Part shown: positions 1 to 9,732 of the stretch, piece after piece
How positions within the stretch are numbered: the stretch's first letter is position 1
Layout: each line of letters opens with the position of its first letter
Assembly (NCBI GenBank): GCA_963823125.1
Contig: CAWGKD010000022.1
Location: 13,416 to 77,415 of the forward strand
Length of the DNA stretch: 64,000 nt
Direction of reading: 5' to 3'
From: an uncultured Bacteroidota bacterium
GTDB taxonomy: Bacteria; Bacteroidota; Bacteroidia; Chitinophagales; Chitinophagaceae
Notes under the pieces: model-generated
Database searches by the model: none
Seen by the model: the letters and a program-made list of their open reading frames with translations, nothing else
Told to the model about the DNA's origin: nothing
Program-made: the position numbers and the translations under genes

Positions 1-748
1 TATCCACTCCTAAACTTCTATTTATAAATCCGTCATTTCTTAATGAATCATATCCGCTTGCTTTTAAATTACCATTCGGGTACATGGTAAAAATAGAATT
101 TCCACTTCCACCGATATAATCAATGAAATTATTAACTAAACTTACCGGAATGGTAGTAAGGCTACCAGCCTGCACAACTCCTGCCGAAACCTGCGTTACC
201 CCATTTTGAAATATATATAATTTTTGGGCAGGAACAGAAAAAGTATCACAAGTAGTTATTTGTGTTGTTGTATCTGTACCGCAAATTTTTAAATGGGTGG
301 AATCTATAAAAGAAACAGTTGCAGTTGCATTAAAAATATTATTAGTAATAAAATGAAATGTATCACACGAATTTGCGCCCGTACAAATCTGAACAGTAAC
401 AGATGAATCAATCTGATTAATAACCTGAACATTTGTTATTGATGTATTGTAGATATTATAAATAGTATTGTTTGTTACTGATGTCTGCTGAATCCATTTT
501 TTAGCTGTGGAATCTCTTACCCATAAAGTACCATCGGGAGTAACTATAACCGAAAAAGCATATTGACTTATTCTTTGAGTATTAGCGGAAGTTGTATCGT
601 GATAACTGAAAATGACAGGTCTTAATTTTGTGCCGCCTTTTGAAGTCAATAAAGTGCTGTCAGAACTTATACTTTGATTAAGCGGATATTGGGCAAACGA
701 AACAATTGCACAAAACAAAAATGATAATATAAATAATATTTTTTTCAT
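1..748 (-). CDS. Secreted protein, 5' part of gene (open to the left window edge)
   Basis: Absent from the ORF track because it is open to position 1. Minus-strand ATG at 748-746, 2 nt after the stop of the upstream gene, reads MKKILFILSFLFCAIVSFAQ/YPLNQSISSDSTLLTSKGGTKLRPVIFSY... This is a hydrophobic signal peptide with an ...FAQ end typical of Bacteroidota. Confidence 0.55.
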   Translation of the reverse strand, partial: MKKILFILSFLFCAIVSFAQYPLNQSISSDSTLLTSKGGTKLRPVIFSYHDTTSANTQRISQYAFSVIVTPDGTLWVRDSTAKKWIQQTSVTNNTIYNIYNTSITNVQVINQIDSSVTVQICTGANSCDTFHFITNNIFNATATVSFIDSTHLKICGTDTTTQITTCDTFSVPAQKLYIFQNGVTQVSAGVVQAGSLTTIPVSLVNNFIDYIGGSGNSIFTMYPNGNLKASGYDSLRNDGFINRSLGVD

Positions 749-749
749 T

Positions 750-1277
750 TTAAACTGGTATTAATCCAATTAATTCACCTGTTACAACTGCCGGAACTGA
801 AATAAATTGCGCTGTTGTTGGATTCCATGAAAAATAACTTGGTTGGTCAGTTACCTGACTTTGTGGTATTCCATTTCTGGTATAAATTAAATTATATTTT
901 GCAAAATTTGCTATCGTTGCTATGCTTTGACCATTGACTAAAAATGAAGAATCAGTAACTTCAAAATAATATGGTGATGGTGCATTTGCCGGAGGGGTAA
1001 CAGGTGGAATATTTCCTCCACTTCCATTATTAACTATATACCATGCTTTCCAAACATTATAACAAAGAGATAATAAATAAAGTGATGTTGCCAGAAGTGT
1101 CGGATTGGTTGGATTAATATTATACATCCATTGTACTGCTTTTCTTTCTAAATATAAAGTTATACCCCAATTAGGGTCTAACCTTGCGCCAAACATAGTT
1201 CCTTTTGAAATATTATCACTTACAAGATACTGGCTTACTTCGGCTATCTCAATTATTTGTGGAATAGTATATGCCAT
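750..1277 (-). CDS. Hypothetical virion-module protein (175 aa)
   Basis: Track ORF. Start overlaps the stop of the 1277..1798 ORF and it is tightly packed in a co-directional operon. No motif recognised. Confidence 0.6.
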   Translation of the reverse strand: MAYTIPQIIEIAEVSQYLVSDNISKGTMFGARLDPNWGITLYLERKAVQWMYNINPTNPTLLATSLYLLSLCYNVWKAWYIVNNGSGGNIPPVTPPANAPSPYYFEVTDSSFLVNGQSIATIANFAKYNLIYTRNGIPQSQVTDQPSYFSWNPTTAQFISVPAVVTGELIGLIPV

Positions 1278-1798
1278 TAAAAATAATCATTTTGATTAGT
1301 CGTCATTTGTGTTGCCATATCCAGACTTTCTTGTGCTGTATAAGTATCACCAGCCCATGAAATAGCCTGATTTGCATTATCAATATTCACTCTTAATCTG
1401 ATTTTATTCATGTAATAATTTGTGTCTTGCAAAATGGTTGGATCGGATGTTTGATTTTGTGTTAATGTATAATACGCATTTTCGTTGTTATAAGTAAAGC
1501 TGAATGGTATTGTAACAGAATAAAGAACAGTATTACTAACATCTAAATACTGAACAGTAATTGAAGGTGATGTATCTTGAGTAAGTACATTTAATAAAAT
1601 AGGAGTAGCCAATGGTAAAGGCCAAATAGAATAAGTATTACTATTTCCAGTTTGAACCAGATAAGTACCATTGGCTGTTAAAATAAATATACGGCGTGAA
1701 ACGATTGCGCCATCACTACCAGCACTTGTATCAGTAAAAAATATACCTGCTGGATTGCCATACTGTTGTACGGCTGTGAAATTTGGACTAAAACTCAT
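1277..1798 (-). CDS. Hypothetical virion-module protein (173 aa)
   Basis: Track ORF, co-directional and tightly packed. No motif recognised. Confidence 0.6.
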   Translation of the reverse strand: MSFSPNFTAVQQYGNPAGIFFTDTSAGSDGAIVSRRIFILTANGTYLVQTGNSNTYSIWPLPLATPILLNVLTQDTSPSITVQYLDVSNTVLYSVTIPFSFTYNNENAYYTLTQNQTSDPTILQDTNYYMNKIRLRVNIDNANQAISWAGDTYTAQESLDMATQMTTNQNDYF

Positions 1799-1840
1799 GG
1801 TAATTCAATGTATTGGTTAAACAAAATTAGTTTAAAATTC

Positions 1841-2011
1841 TTACATATTTTTCTTCTTTTTTACTCTGATTTTTACTTTCTTCTTATGTTCTGGTAATCC
1901 TTTAATATTTGGTGTTTCATGCGCCCATGTGTCTGCTTTATCCTGCATTTCTTTACCAAGATAACCGCCAAAGGATGCTTTCATTTGTGCTTTTGATTCA
2001 AAAGGAGGCAT
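1841..2011 (-). CDS. Small Lys-rich protein (56 aa)
   Basis: Below the track threshold. ATG at 2011-2009 reads MPPFESKAQMKASFGGYLGKEMQDKADTWAHETPNIKGLPEHKKKVKIRVKKKKNM*. It fills an otherwise empty gap. Confidence 0.35.
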   Translation of the reverse strand: MPPFESKAQMKASFGGYLGKEMQDKADTWAHETPNIKGLPEHKKKVKIRVKKKKNM

Positions 2012-2015
2012 ACAT

Positions 2016-2240
2016 TTAAGATTTAAAAGGTTTATCTTTAAAAAGTTCTTTTGCTTTTGCTGCTATATGGTTTGAATGTACTACTTCATCAAATAATTCT
2101 GGTTCTATATTTTCATAATAAACGGTTTGAAAACTATACGGCACAGAATGATTATATCCGATAATACATAAATGTCTTTCTCTGTCATATCCAATGAATG
2201 TTACTTCTCTCCCGTTTACATATTTGAAGTCCTTGCACAT
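2016..2240 (-). CDS. Hypothetical protein (74 aa)
   Basis: Track ORF, co-directional. Confidence 0.5.
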   Translation of the reverse strand: MCKDFKYVNGREVTFIGYDRERHLCIIGYNHSVPYSFQTVYYENIEPELFDEVVHSNHIAAKAKELFKDKPFKS

Positions 2241-2370
2241 TGTCTCATTTTTATTGTTAAACTTTTTTTCTTTTTAACTAACCACAAAACAATTTTATAA
2301 TTACCAAATCTTAAAAAGATATTTAAAATCTTCGTATAAAAATTAAACCAAAAATTATAATACTTCCATT

Positions 2371-3426
2371 TCATTTTCCCATAACATAATTAAATATGAG
2401 TGGACATACAATACTGGCATCGCTTTCAATTATGAATTTAGGCGTTGTCTTATCTATCTTGCTCCAAGTTTGTTTTTCGTTTGGTACTGCTCCACTATAA
2501 GAGCCATAACTTGTTGTCGAATCACTGATTTGGGCAAAATAACTCCAAAATGGTGTTTCTGGTTTCTTTAAATCTAACTTCAATAATGGGACAGCGCAAA
2601 TTGCGAAGTCCCCAGAAATTCCGCCTCCAATTTGGAAAAATCCAATTCCTTCTCCTTTTGCCCATTCAGGATATTGCTCACATAACCAAACCATATAATC
2701 AATTCCATTTTTTACAGTGGATGATTTTAATACTCCATCATAAACTTCTGAAGCAAAAATATTTCCAAGTGATGAATCTTCCCATCCCGGAACAACTATT
2801 GGTAAATTTTTTTCTGCTGCTGCCAACATCCAACTATTTTTAGGATCAATTTCATATTTGTCTTTTAAATCTCCGCTTAATAATAATTGGTATAAATATT
2901 CATGTGGGAAATAAGATTCTCCTTTCTTTTCTGTTTTCTCCCAAAGATTAAACATTAATTTTTCAATCACTTTCATTGCCTGTTTTTCAGGAATACAAGT
3001 ATCGGTAACCCTATTCAAATGTTTTTTTACTAAATCTTCTTCATCGTCAGGTGTTAAATCTCTGTATTCTGGTATTACTACATAATGGCTATGCGCAACT
3101 AAATTAAAAACATCTTCTTCTAAATTTGCACCCGTACAAGATATTGCGTGTATTTTGTTTTCTCGAATCATTTCTGCAAGTGAAATCCCAAGTTCTGCTG
3201 TACTCATTGCACCTGCTAATGAAACTAACATTTTACCGCCTTTATCAATAAGTTCTTTGTAGGCTTTGGCTGCATTTAATAATGTGGCAGCATTGAAATG
3301 TTTGTAATTTTCTTCAATGAATGAAGATATTTTACCATTGGATTTTGGTTTTTCAACTTCCTTATCCTTCGCTAAATGCTTCTTCACCCTTATCTTTATT
3401 CTTTTCATTAAACTATCTGTTGCCAT
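2371..3426 (-). CDS. Deoxyhypusine synthase-like (DHS / homospermidine synthase family) protein
   Basis: 351 aa. LVSLAGAMSTAELG, ISCTGANLEEDVFN, FFQIGGGISGDF and YSGAVPNEKQTWSKI line up with the NAD-binding and catalytic-lysine (..SWGK) blocks of the DHS family. Confidence 0.7.
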   Translation of the reverse strand: MATDSLMKRIKIRVKKHLAKDKEVEKPKSNGKISSFIEENYKHFNAATLLNAAKAYKELIDKGGKMLVSLAGAMSTAELGISLAEMIRENKIHAISCTGANLEEDVFNLVAHSHYVVIPEYRDLTPDDEEDLVKKHLNRVTDTCIPEKQAMKVIEKLMFNLWEKTEKKGESYFPHEYLYQLLLSGDLKDKYEIDPKNSWMLAAAEKNLPIVVPGWEDSSLGNIFASEVYDGVLKSSTVKNGIDYMVWLCEQYPEWAKGEGIGFFQIGGGISGDFAICAVPLLKLDLKKPETPFWSYFAQISDSTTSYGSYSGAVPNEKQTWSKIDKTTPKFIIESDASIVCPLIFNYVMGK

Positions 3427-3447
3427 TTTTTTACTTACCTCCTTCTT

Positions 3448-3903
3448 TTATTTTTCTCCAAATAAATCTTTTTTAGTTTGCTTTGTAGCTTCTTTTTGCG
3501 CTTCACTTAATACCTTTGCTTTTTCATTATCGGATAATTTGTCAATACTTTTTTCTTCAAAGCCGCCATTTATTGCTTTGGTTAATTCTGCATCTGTTTG
3601 TGGAATAGCAACATGATAAACAGGGTTTCCTTCCTTGTCTTTGTATGTTTTTACATACACACTCCTATTTTGTTTTATATTATCAAGTACGTTAGCTAAG
3701 TTTTCAAAATGGCGTCTTGCATAATTAGCTTGTACTTCCGGCGTTTCTTTACTTAATTTATCTTCAATCATTTTATCTTCCTGTGTTATATTTTCCGATG
3801 TTGGTGCGGTACTTGGCAATTCCATTTTCCATTTATCTTTTACCCATGATACTCTTGGGTCTTTTATTTGTTCAGGAGTATAATTAGGTTGTTTGTCTTT
3901 CAT
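3448..3903 (-). CDS. Hypothetical protein (151 aa)
   Basis: Track ORF, 21 nt upstream of the DHS-like gene on the same strand. Confidence 0.6.
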   Translation of the reverse strand: MKDKQPNYTPEQIKDPRVSWVKDKWKMELPSTAPTSENITQEDKMIEDKLSKETPEVQANYARRHFENLANVLDNIKQNRSVYVKTYKDKEGNPVYHVAIPQTDAELTKAINGGFEEKSIDKLSDNEKAKVLSEAQKEATKQTKKDLFGEK

Positions 3904-3907
3904 TTGT

Positions 3908-6772
3908 TCATTGATTCTTATGCCTGTTGTCCCTTCTGAATACTCCAGATATTATCCCATTTAATATTATTCCTGCATTGGGGTTACTTATTCCATTTTG
4001 TTCCATTTGTTCTTTTATGTTATTATAACCACCTTCTAATGGTATAGGTGCAAATTTTGCAAAATATTCTTTCATGCTCAATTTATGATTCCATGAATGA
4101 AGTGGTTTGTCATTATAAAATGGCAATGTATTTCCTTCGTAATCATGATGTGATCCAATGTCGGCAATATCTCCCATACCAGGAGAAAGTTTACCTCTTA
4201 CATATTTTGTGGAATAATCTTCCCATGATCCTAATATTCCCTTATCCCCTAATTCTTTTTGAGATTTAAACGGCGTTGCGAACATTCTATATATAAATCT
4301 AAATACACCTGTCATACCAGAACTTAATCCTATACTTTTACCAAATCCTTTAAAATCTAACCAATCTCCTTTAGATGAAAATGGATTTAAAAGGTTTATT
4401 TTTTGATTAGAACCAGTTGCAGATAATAAACCCTGATTAAAACCTAATGCAAGCATATAGCCACCTACAATTCTCGCTGCTCTTTGTACCAAAAATTTTG
4501 CTTGCATTTTTTCAGATGAAGTGGAATTTTTAAAATTGGATAAAGTAGATAATGATTTGCCAACATCTTTAATTGAAGCCCATCTTGAACCTTCTAATTT
4601 TAATGCAAAAAAACTTGCATCAGCCGCCTTACCAACAGTAGAACCTTCTCTGAATATTGGCTTAATGCTTCCTGTCATATGGTTTACCATATCGGCATAA
4701 GTTCTCAGCAAATCTTTATCTTTTTTTTCTACATTTGATAATTGATCATAATAATACTGCATTACATCCTGCCTGTGTGGTTTTAATATATCAAATCCAC
4801 GCCTACTTGCTTCTTGTAAATCACCTACCCAAGTATTTTTTAAAAGAGTATTTGATAAAAGATAATCTTCATAAGTTGTTGATGGGTCATTATGTAACCC
4901 AACCGAATTAAATAAATGGAAGGTTGGTTTATTTTTCAAATCTTGCATTGCCTTCTCATAATATTTAGGAGAACCGTAAAGTTTATATGTCTTTATAAGA
5001 TTGGTATAGTATATTTTTGCAAGTTCTGGATTACTTTCAAATTTACTCATACCTACATGGGTTTCCATTGGGACTGTACCATGTCCAAATACCTTTAATG
5101 CTCTCGGAATTGCCGTTAATGCTTTTAGTATCTTTATTCCTTTAGAATCACCTTCTGCAAGAATATATAGTTCCGCATTTCTTTTTAATTGATTTCTTTT
5201 ATATTGATTTTCGTACATTTTATCGGTAGTATTTTTTACCGATTTTTCACTTGCTATTGCGTGTTGTATTTGTGAAGTCGTTAATCCCAAATCAGCAGCA
5301 CTACTTTTAACGGCGGCATCAAATTCTTCTCCTTTATCCATTTTTTTATTTATATAATCCCAAATGTCTTTTGCATCTTTAGGATCAAATACATTATCTT
5401 TTTTATCTAAAAATTTTTCAACTAAATCATAGTATTTTTCTGATTCTGTTTTAATGGATTGTTTAGGAATAGCAGCTTTTGATTTTTCTCTTATACCATA
5501 AGCATCTTCTAAATTTTTTATCTTACTTTTTAAATCATTGTATTCTTTCTTTTGGCTTTCAGAGAAATCATACTCTTTTGTTTCTTTATCCTTAATTTTA
5601 CCTTTTTCTAAATTCTCAAGCCGTTGCCTCATTGATTTCAACTTTCTTCCTTCGGGAGTATTATCTAATTGTTTCTGATAATGATCTGAAAGTTGTGTTT
5701 CTAATTTATCTTTATCATTTTTAGATAAAGACCTGTACCAATCTGTATCTTTTATTTTTTCTACGATTGCCTTTACTCCATCTACAATATCTCCCGTTTT
5801 TTCTATGGCTTTTGCGCCAAATTCAACTAAATCATTCCATGACATACCTTGTATTTTAATTGGTATATCATTCCCATTCTCATCTTTAAATGTAAATGGT
5901 TTTGTTTTTAATTTTCGGAAAGCATTAGCGGCTTTTTGAAATGTTCGTTCTGGCACATTCTTTTTCTGTGAAACATTCTTTCTTAAAACATCAAATTCTT
6001 TTTGAAGATTAGAATACTTTTCTGATAAATCTTTTAATTCTTTTGATTGTTTTAAGTTAGGTTCTTTGCCGTTTGAATTTTCAAATTTTCTTTCTAAATC
6101 AACAACATCACCTGTATTTATATCGGTTGCACCCATCATTGTTTTACCTATATTACTCCATGCTGTTTGCATGGGCTTTACAACTTCATTATACCATTTT
6201 CGTTCAGTAGCTTTAACTTCTTTATATTCAGGTTTACCATAAGCATTTTTAGTGGCTTTAGCTAATTCATTATATTTATATCTTACTAAAGACATTGCAT
6301 CCTCTGAAATAGCCCCTTCTTCTTTAAATTTTTTTGCTGCATCATCTGGATTTTTGCCTTCTTGCACTAACTTTTTACCATTTGATATTGCTTCTTTTAA
6401 ACTTATTCCTTCTCCTCTTTCTGGTAATGCTTCCCCAAGTTTTTTTGCTCTCTCTGTTTGTTTTTCGTGAGAAATGCCAACTGTTTCTTCTTTGCCTGTT
6501 GGTTTGATATTCGTATCATATTTTTCAGGTTGTTCGACCTTCTTTTCTGTTTGCTCGGAAAGTTTGGCGGATTTTGTTTCATTGATGTGTGTGAATATTT
6601 TATCGAGATTATTTAATGTTTCATTTTTAAAATCTGATACTGCTTTAATGAATTTTTGAGTATTTTCAGGCGAATCTGTACCATCACTTTTAAAATCAAT
6701 TCCACTCTTTTGATTTAAAAGATTATGAAGCGGACTTCCTTTCAATTTACCCAAACAATCGGTTATTGCCAT
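3908..6772 (-). CDS. Large virion/internal protein (954 aa)
   Basis: Long uninterrupted ORF. The N-terminal half is Lys/Glu-rich and coiled-coil-like; the C-terminal third is Gly-rich and hydrophobic. Function not recognised. Confidence 0.7.
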   Translation of the reverse strand: MAITDCLGKLKGSPLHNLLNQKSGIDFKSDGTDSPENTQKFIKAVSDFKNETLNNLDKIFTHINETKSAKLSEQTEKKVEQPEKYDTNIKPTGKEETVGISHEKQTERAKKLGEALPERGEGISLKEAISNGKKLVQEGKNPDDAAKKFKEEGAISEDAMSLVRYKYNELAKATKNAYGKPEYKEVKATERKWYNEVVKPMQTAWSNIGKTMMGATDINTGDVVDLERKFENSNGKEPNLKQSKELKDLSEKYSNLQKEFDVLRKNVSQKKNVPERTFQKAANAFRKLKTKPFTFKDENGNDIPIKIQGMSWNDLVEFGAKAIEKTGDIVDGVKAIVEKIKDTDWYRSLSKNDKDKLETQLSDHYQKQLDNTPEGRKLKSMRQRLENLEKGKIKDKETKEYDFSESQKKEYNDLKSKIKNLEDAYGIREKSKAAIPKQSIKTESEKYYDLVEKFLDKKDNVFDPKDAKDIWDYINKKMDKGEEFDAAVKSSAADLGLTTSQIQHAIASEKSVKNTTDKMYENQYKRNQLKRNAELYILAEGDSKGIKILKALTAIPRALKVFGHGTVPMETHVGMSKFESNPELAKIYYTNLIKTYKLYGSPKYYEKAMQDLKNKPTFHLFNSVGLHNDPSTTYEDYLLSNTLLKNTWVGDLQEASRRGFDILKPHRQDVMQYYYDQLSNVEKKDKDLLRTYADMVNHMTGSIKPIFREGSTVGKAADASFFALKLEGSRWASIKDVGKSLSTLSNFKNSTSSEKMQAKFLVQRAARIVGGYMLALGFNQGLLSATGSNQKINLLNPFSSKGDWLDFKGFGKSIGLSSGMTGVFRFIYRMFATPFKSQKELGDKGILGSWEDYSTKYVRGKLSPGMGDIADIGSHHDYEGNTLPFYNDKPLHSWNHKLSMKEYFAKFAPIPLEGGYNNIKEQMEQNGISNPNAGIILNGIISGVFRRDNRHKNQ

Positions 6773-6775
6773 CTT

Positions 6776-7621
6776 TTAATATTCATTTATTAACCAATGT
6801 GATAATGCTATTACCAATTCTTCTTCTTCCTGTCTTTGTCGTTTTAATCTTTTTTTTCTCCATTCTTCTTCTTCACTATCATAACTCATTCCACCACCAC
6901 CTGCTGTTACATCAGGACTTGGTGAAGGAGTTGGCGGTACGTTGTGATGTATTACCGCATCAATAATATCATCGGCTGTACTACTTTCTGTTACATAAAT
7001 TACTTCAAGTGATGCCGAATTTTCTGTTTCAGTTGCATTACCACTTTCTGTAATTGTTGCCGATAATTCTTTAATCGAACTTTCAATATCAATCGCATCT
7101 GCACTTTCTGTTATATCAGCCGATTTTAATACAACTGCCGATACTAAATCTGTTGCACTCCCTTGTTCAGTTATGTTCGCCGCCTCTTTATCTAAAGAAC
7201 TATTTACATCAGTTGCATTTGCTGATTCAATTATTGATGCAACTAATTTCTTTACTGCCGTTTCAACTTCTGTTGCATTACCACTTTCAGTAATTGTTGC
7301 AGCAAGTTTTTTAACCGCACTTTCAACTTCAACCGCATTTCCACTTTCTGTAATAGTAGCTGCCAACTTTTTGACAGCACTCTCTATTTCCGTTGCATTA
7401 CCCGCTTCTGTTATTGTGGCTGCTAACTTTTTAACAGCAGTTTCAATCTCTGTTGCATTTCCACTTTCAGTAATCGTTGCTGCTAACGCTTTAACAGCAC
7501 TTTCAACTTCACTCGCATTGCCACCTTCTGTTATACTTACATTATATACATTGCCACTTGATGGTTTTGCATCACCAGCAAAATAAGGTTGCCCAAAATA
7601 ATCACCACCGAATACCGACAT
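6776..7621 (-). CDS. Repeat-containing fibre/decoration-like protein (281 aa)
   Basis: Nine consecutive 20-aa repeats (consensus NATEVESAVKKLAATITESG) followed by an acidic/basic tail EEEEWRKKRLKRQRQEEEEL. Confidence 0.7.
   Translation of the reverse strand: MSVFGGDYFGQPYFAGDAKPSSGNVYNVSITEGGNASEVESAVKALAATITESGNATEIETAVKKLAATITEAGNATEIESAVKKLAATITESGNAVEVESAVKKLAATITESGNATEVETAVKKLVASIIESANATDVNSSLDKEAANITEQGSATDLVSAVVLKSADITESADAIDIESSIKELSATITESGNATETENSASLEVIYVTESSTADDIIDAVIHHNVPPTPSPSPDVTAGGGGMSYDSEEEEWRKKRLKRQRQEEEELVIALSHWLINEY
6983..7522. repeat. About 9 tandem 60-bp coding repeats
   Basis: The periodicity is visible in the protein (see 6776..7621). It also explains the spurious antisense ORF 7173..7586. 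Confidence 0.8.
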
Positions 7622-7663
7622 TGCATTTCTTTATTATTATTTCACTAAATTTATTTTATCCAT

Positions 7664-8842
7664 TTATTGATTATTGAAAGTAACTGCATTATTTCTGTCT
7701 GCAATAGATTTTCTTCTTCTGCCTCTTTGATATAATATATTGTTCATCCAAGCCACGTTAGTTTGGGAATAAATATTTATACAAGTTGTAAGCGTACCAT
7801 TAAATGTTACAATGGGTCTTCCGCCACTTGCGTCAATTCTCGTAAATGAAGCCAATACATTACAGGTAGTTGCCGCATTTTGTAATGTTAGAATTGCTTT
7901 TACTGAACCACTATCTGATGTAAATAATTGTATTGCCCCTATTCGTGAATTAAAACAATTAAATGCGGTAGTAATGGTATATGTAACACCGTTAACAAGA
8001 GTGATAGTTCCGTTTGCCGTTACTGTTTGAGAAAAAGTAGCACAACTCCAACCCGAAGTACCAGCGAATGTTTCAGTACCATTTGCATTCATAGAAAGAG
8101 TTCCGGTACATGATAATAATGAATTGATGGTAGTTGTTGCAGATGCCGTATTGATTGTTATATTATTCCATATTACAGGATTTGTATTAAGAGTATTATT
8201 CCCAGACAATGTTAAAGTAGAACCAGTTGTAGTAATTGTTCCTGAAGAATAAGTAAGTGTTCCAGAACCATAATTTACGGCTCCAGAAACAGTAATAGTA
8301 CCAGCTAATGTTAATGATGTAAGTGTATTAGTGCCTGTACCCGTCCATGTCCCACCCGTTATTGTCGTAGCTGCTGAACCTGTCGTTGTATTGTTTATAG
8401 CTAAACCACCAACTGATAAAGTTTCTGATGTTGTATGATTTATGGTTGTGGTCGTTGTAGAACAAGTGAGCGTTCCTGAAATTATCCAGTTATTTGTAAG
8501 TAAAGTTTTTGTACTACTTACTGAAAATGTAACATTGCCGGGAAATGTCATTCCTCCCGAGTTTATTGTACTCGTTGCATTTATTGTTAACTGTCCTGCA
8601 TTTTGTGTTCCGGGTAATGAATAAGTATGGGCAGTATTATCCGTAAAATTCCCCGAAACCGTCCATGTTATATTTGAATTAATAGTGAGCAATGCTGTAT
8701 ATCCAGACGTAAAAGTTACCGATGCTGCTGCTGCTGTGGCTGTAATTGTGCAATTTGTATTCCCAAAAGTTCCTGCGCCATCGAAAGTAACTGCATCAGA
8801 TGAAGTTGGTGCAGCACCAACAGAAGTTCCTCCGGAAGTCAA
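7664..8842 (-). CDS. Thr/Ser/Gly-rich beta-helix-like fibre/adhesin (at least 392 aa)
   Basis: Low-complexity T/S/G/N-rich sequence (..GTLTYSSGTITTTGSTLTLSGNNTLN..). The track start is a TTG. The frame is open 24 codons further upstream with no ATG/GTG/TTG. Confidence 0.6.
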   Translation of the reverse strand: MTSGGTSVGAAPTSSDAVTFDGAGTFGNTNCTITATAAAASVTFTSGYTALLTINSNITWTVSGNFTDNTAHTYSLPGTQNAGQLTINATSTINSGGMTFPGNVTFSVSSTKTLLTNNWIISGTLTCSTTTTTINHTTSETLSVGGLAINNTTTGSAATTITGGTWTGTGTNTLTSLTLAGTITVSGAVNYGSGTLTYSSGTITTTGSTLTLSGNNTLNTNPVIWNNITINTASATTTINSLLSCTGTLSMNANGTETFAGTSGWSCATFSQTVTANGTITLVNGVTYTITTAFNCFNSRIGAIQLFTSDSGSVKAILTLQNAATTCNVLASFTRIDASGGRPIVTFNGTLTTCINIYSQTNVAWMNNILYQRGRRRKSIADRNNAVTFNNQ

Positions 8843-8921
8843 CGACCACGCCGTCGTCGTAGAATAATTTGCGCCTCCCGCACCACTTATAAAAAATCTG
8901 GCCGCAATAATATACCTCCTT

Positions 8922-9356
8922 TTATTTTACTTGTTCTAAATTTTGTTCTTTAAGTAATAATAGTAATTCATTCAACTCTTTTTCTGTTGCATCCTCTAAA
9001 AAAGTATGATTATCATGCACCAACTTTTCAGGGAAAGCCTTATCTGTTCTTGTAAACCATATCCATCTTTCATAAATCCCTAAATATAGATAACCAAACT
9101 TTTCAAATAATGGATTATAAACGATATTCCCTTCAAGCGGAACGCCATTCTTTCCATTTTCATCGTGTGGTTGAAACTCTAAAATTTCCTGAATCATTTT
9201 TTCTTTACTCATAATTTCTGTTTTTACTTTCACTTTATTTTTACAATTACCGCATTCAATAGTTACAAATCCACAAGCCACATTTATCTGTCCTGCTATT
9301 TTAGGAACTTGTATTGGTTTATGACATTTATTACAGTAAACAATCTTTGGTATCAT
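8922..9356 (-). CDS. Zinc-ribbon protein (144 aa)
   Basis: N-terminal CNKCHK...CGFVTIECGNCKNK, two CxxC pairs. Confidence 0.55.
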   Translation of the reverse strand: MIPKIVYCNKCHKPIQVPKIAGQINVACGFVTIECGNCKNKVKVKTEIMSKEKMIQEILEFQPHDENGKNGVPLEGNIVYNPLFEKFGYLYLGIYERWIWFTRTDKAFPEKLVHDNHTFLEDATEKELNELLLLLKEQNLEQVK

Positions 9357-9359
9357 ACA

Positions 9360-9713
9360 TTAAACTATTGCATTAATGAACCCTGTAATTACAACTACAT
9401 TAGCTACGCTGGCAAATGCTGTAACAACTGTTCCATTATCAAGTATTGCACCATCTACTACTAAAAATCTTCCTTGTTTAAAGGGTATATTTAAAATTAT
9501 ATTATCATCAGGAACGGTTGTGCCACCAAGTTCTATTGTTAATGTCACGTCTGCTGTATTTCCATTATACGCATAAAGCCAAATTTCATCCCATGATGAT
9601 GTACCTGAAACAGAGGTGTGAATTGTTGTTCCTACGGATGACGTAGCGACAACTTTTATACCCCTTCCATTTGTACTACCACTTAATTTATTTTTAGTAA
9701 CCGCTTGTGCCAT
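9360..9713 (-). CDS. Hypothetical small structural protein (117 aa)
   Basis: Track ORF, 3-nt gap to its neighbour. Gly/Thr/Val-rich, beta-type composition. Confidence 0.55.
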   Translation of the reverse strand: MAQAVTKNKLSGSTNGRGIKVVATSSVGTTIHTSVSGTSSWDEIWLYAYNGNTADVTLTIELGGTTVPDDNIILNIPFKQGRFLVVDGAILDNGTVVTAFASVANVVVITGFINAIV

Positions 9714-9732
9714 AATACAAAATTAAAATAGT

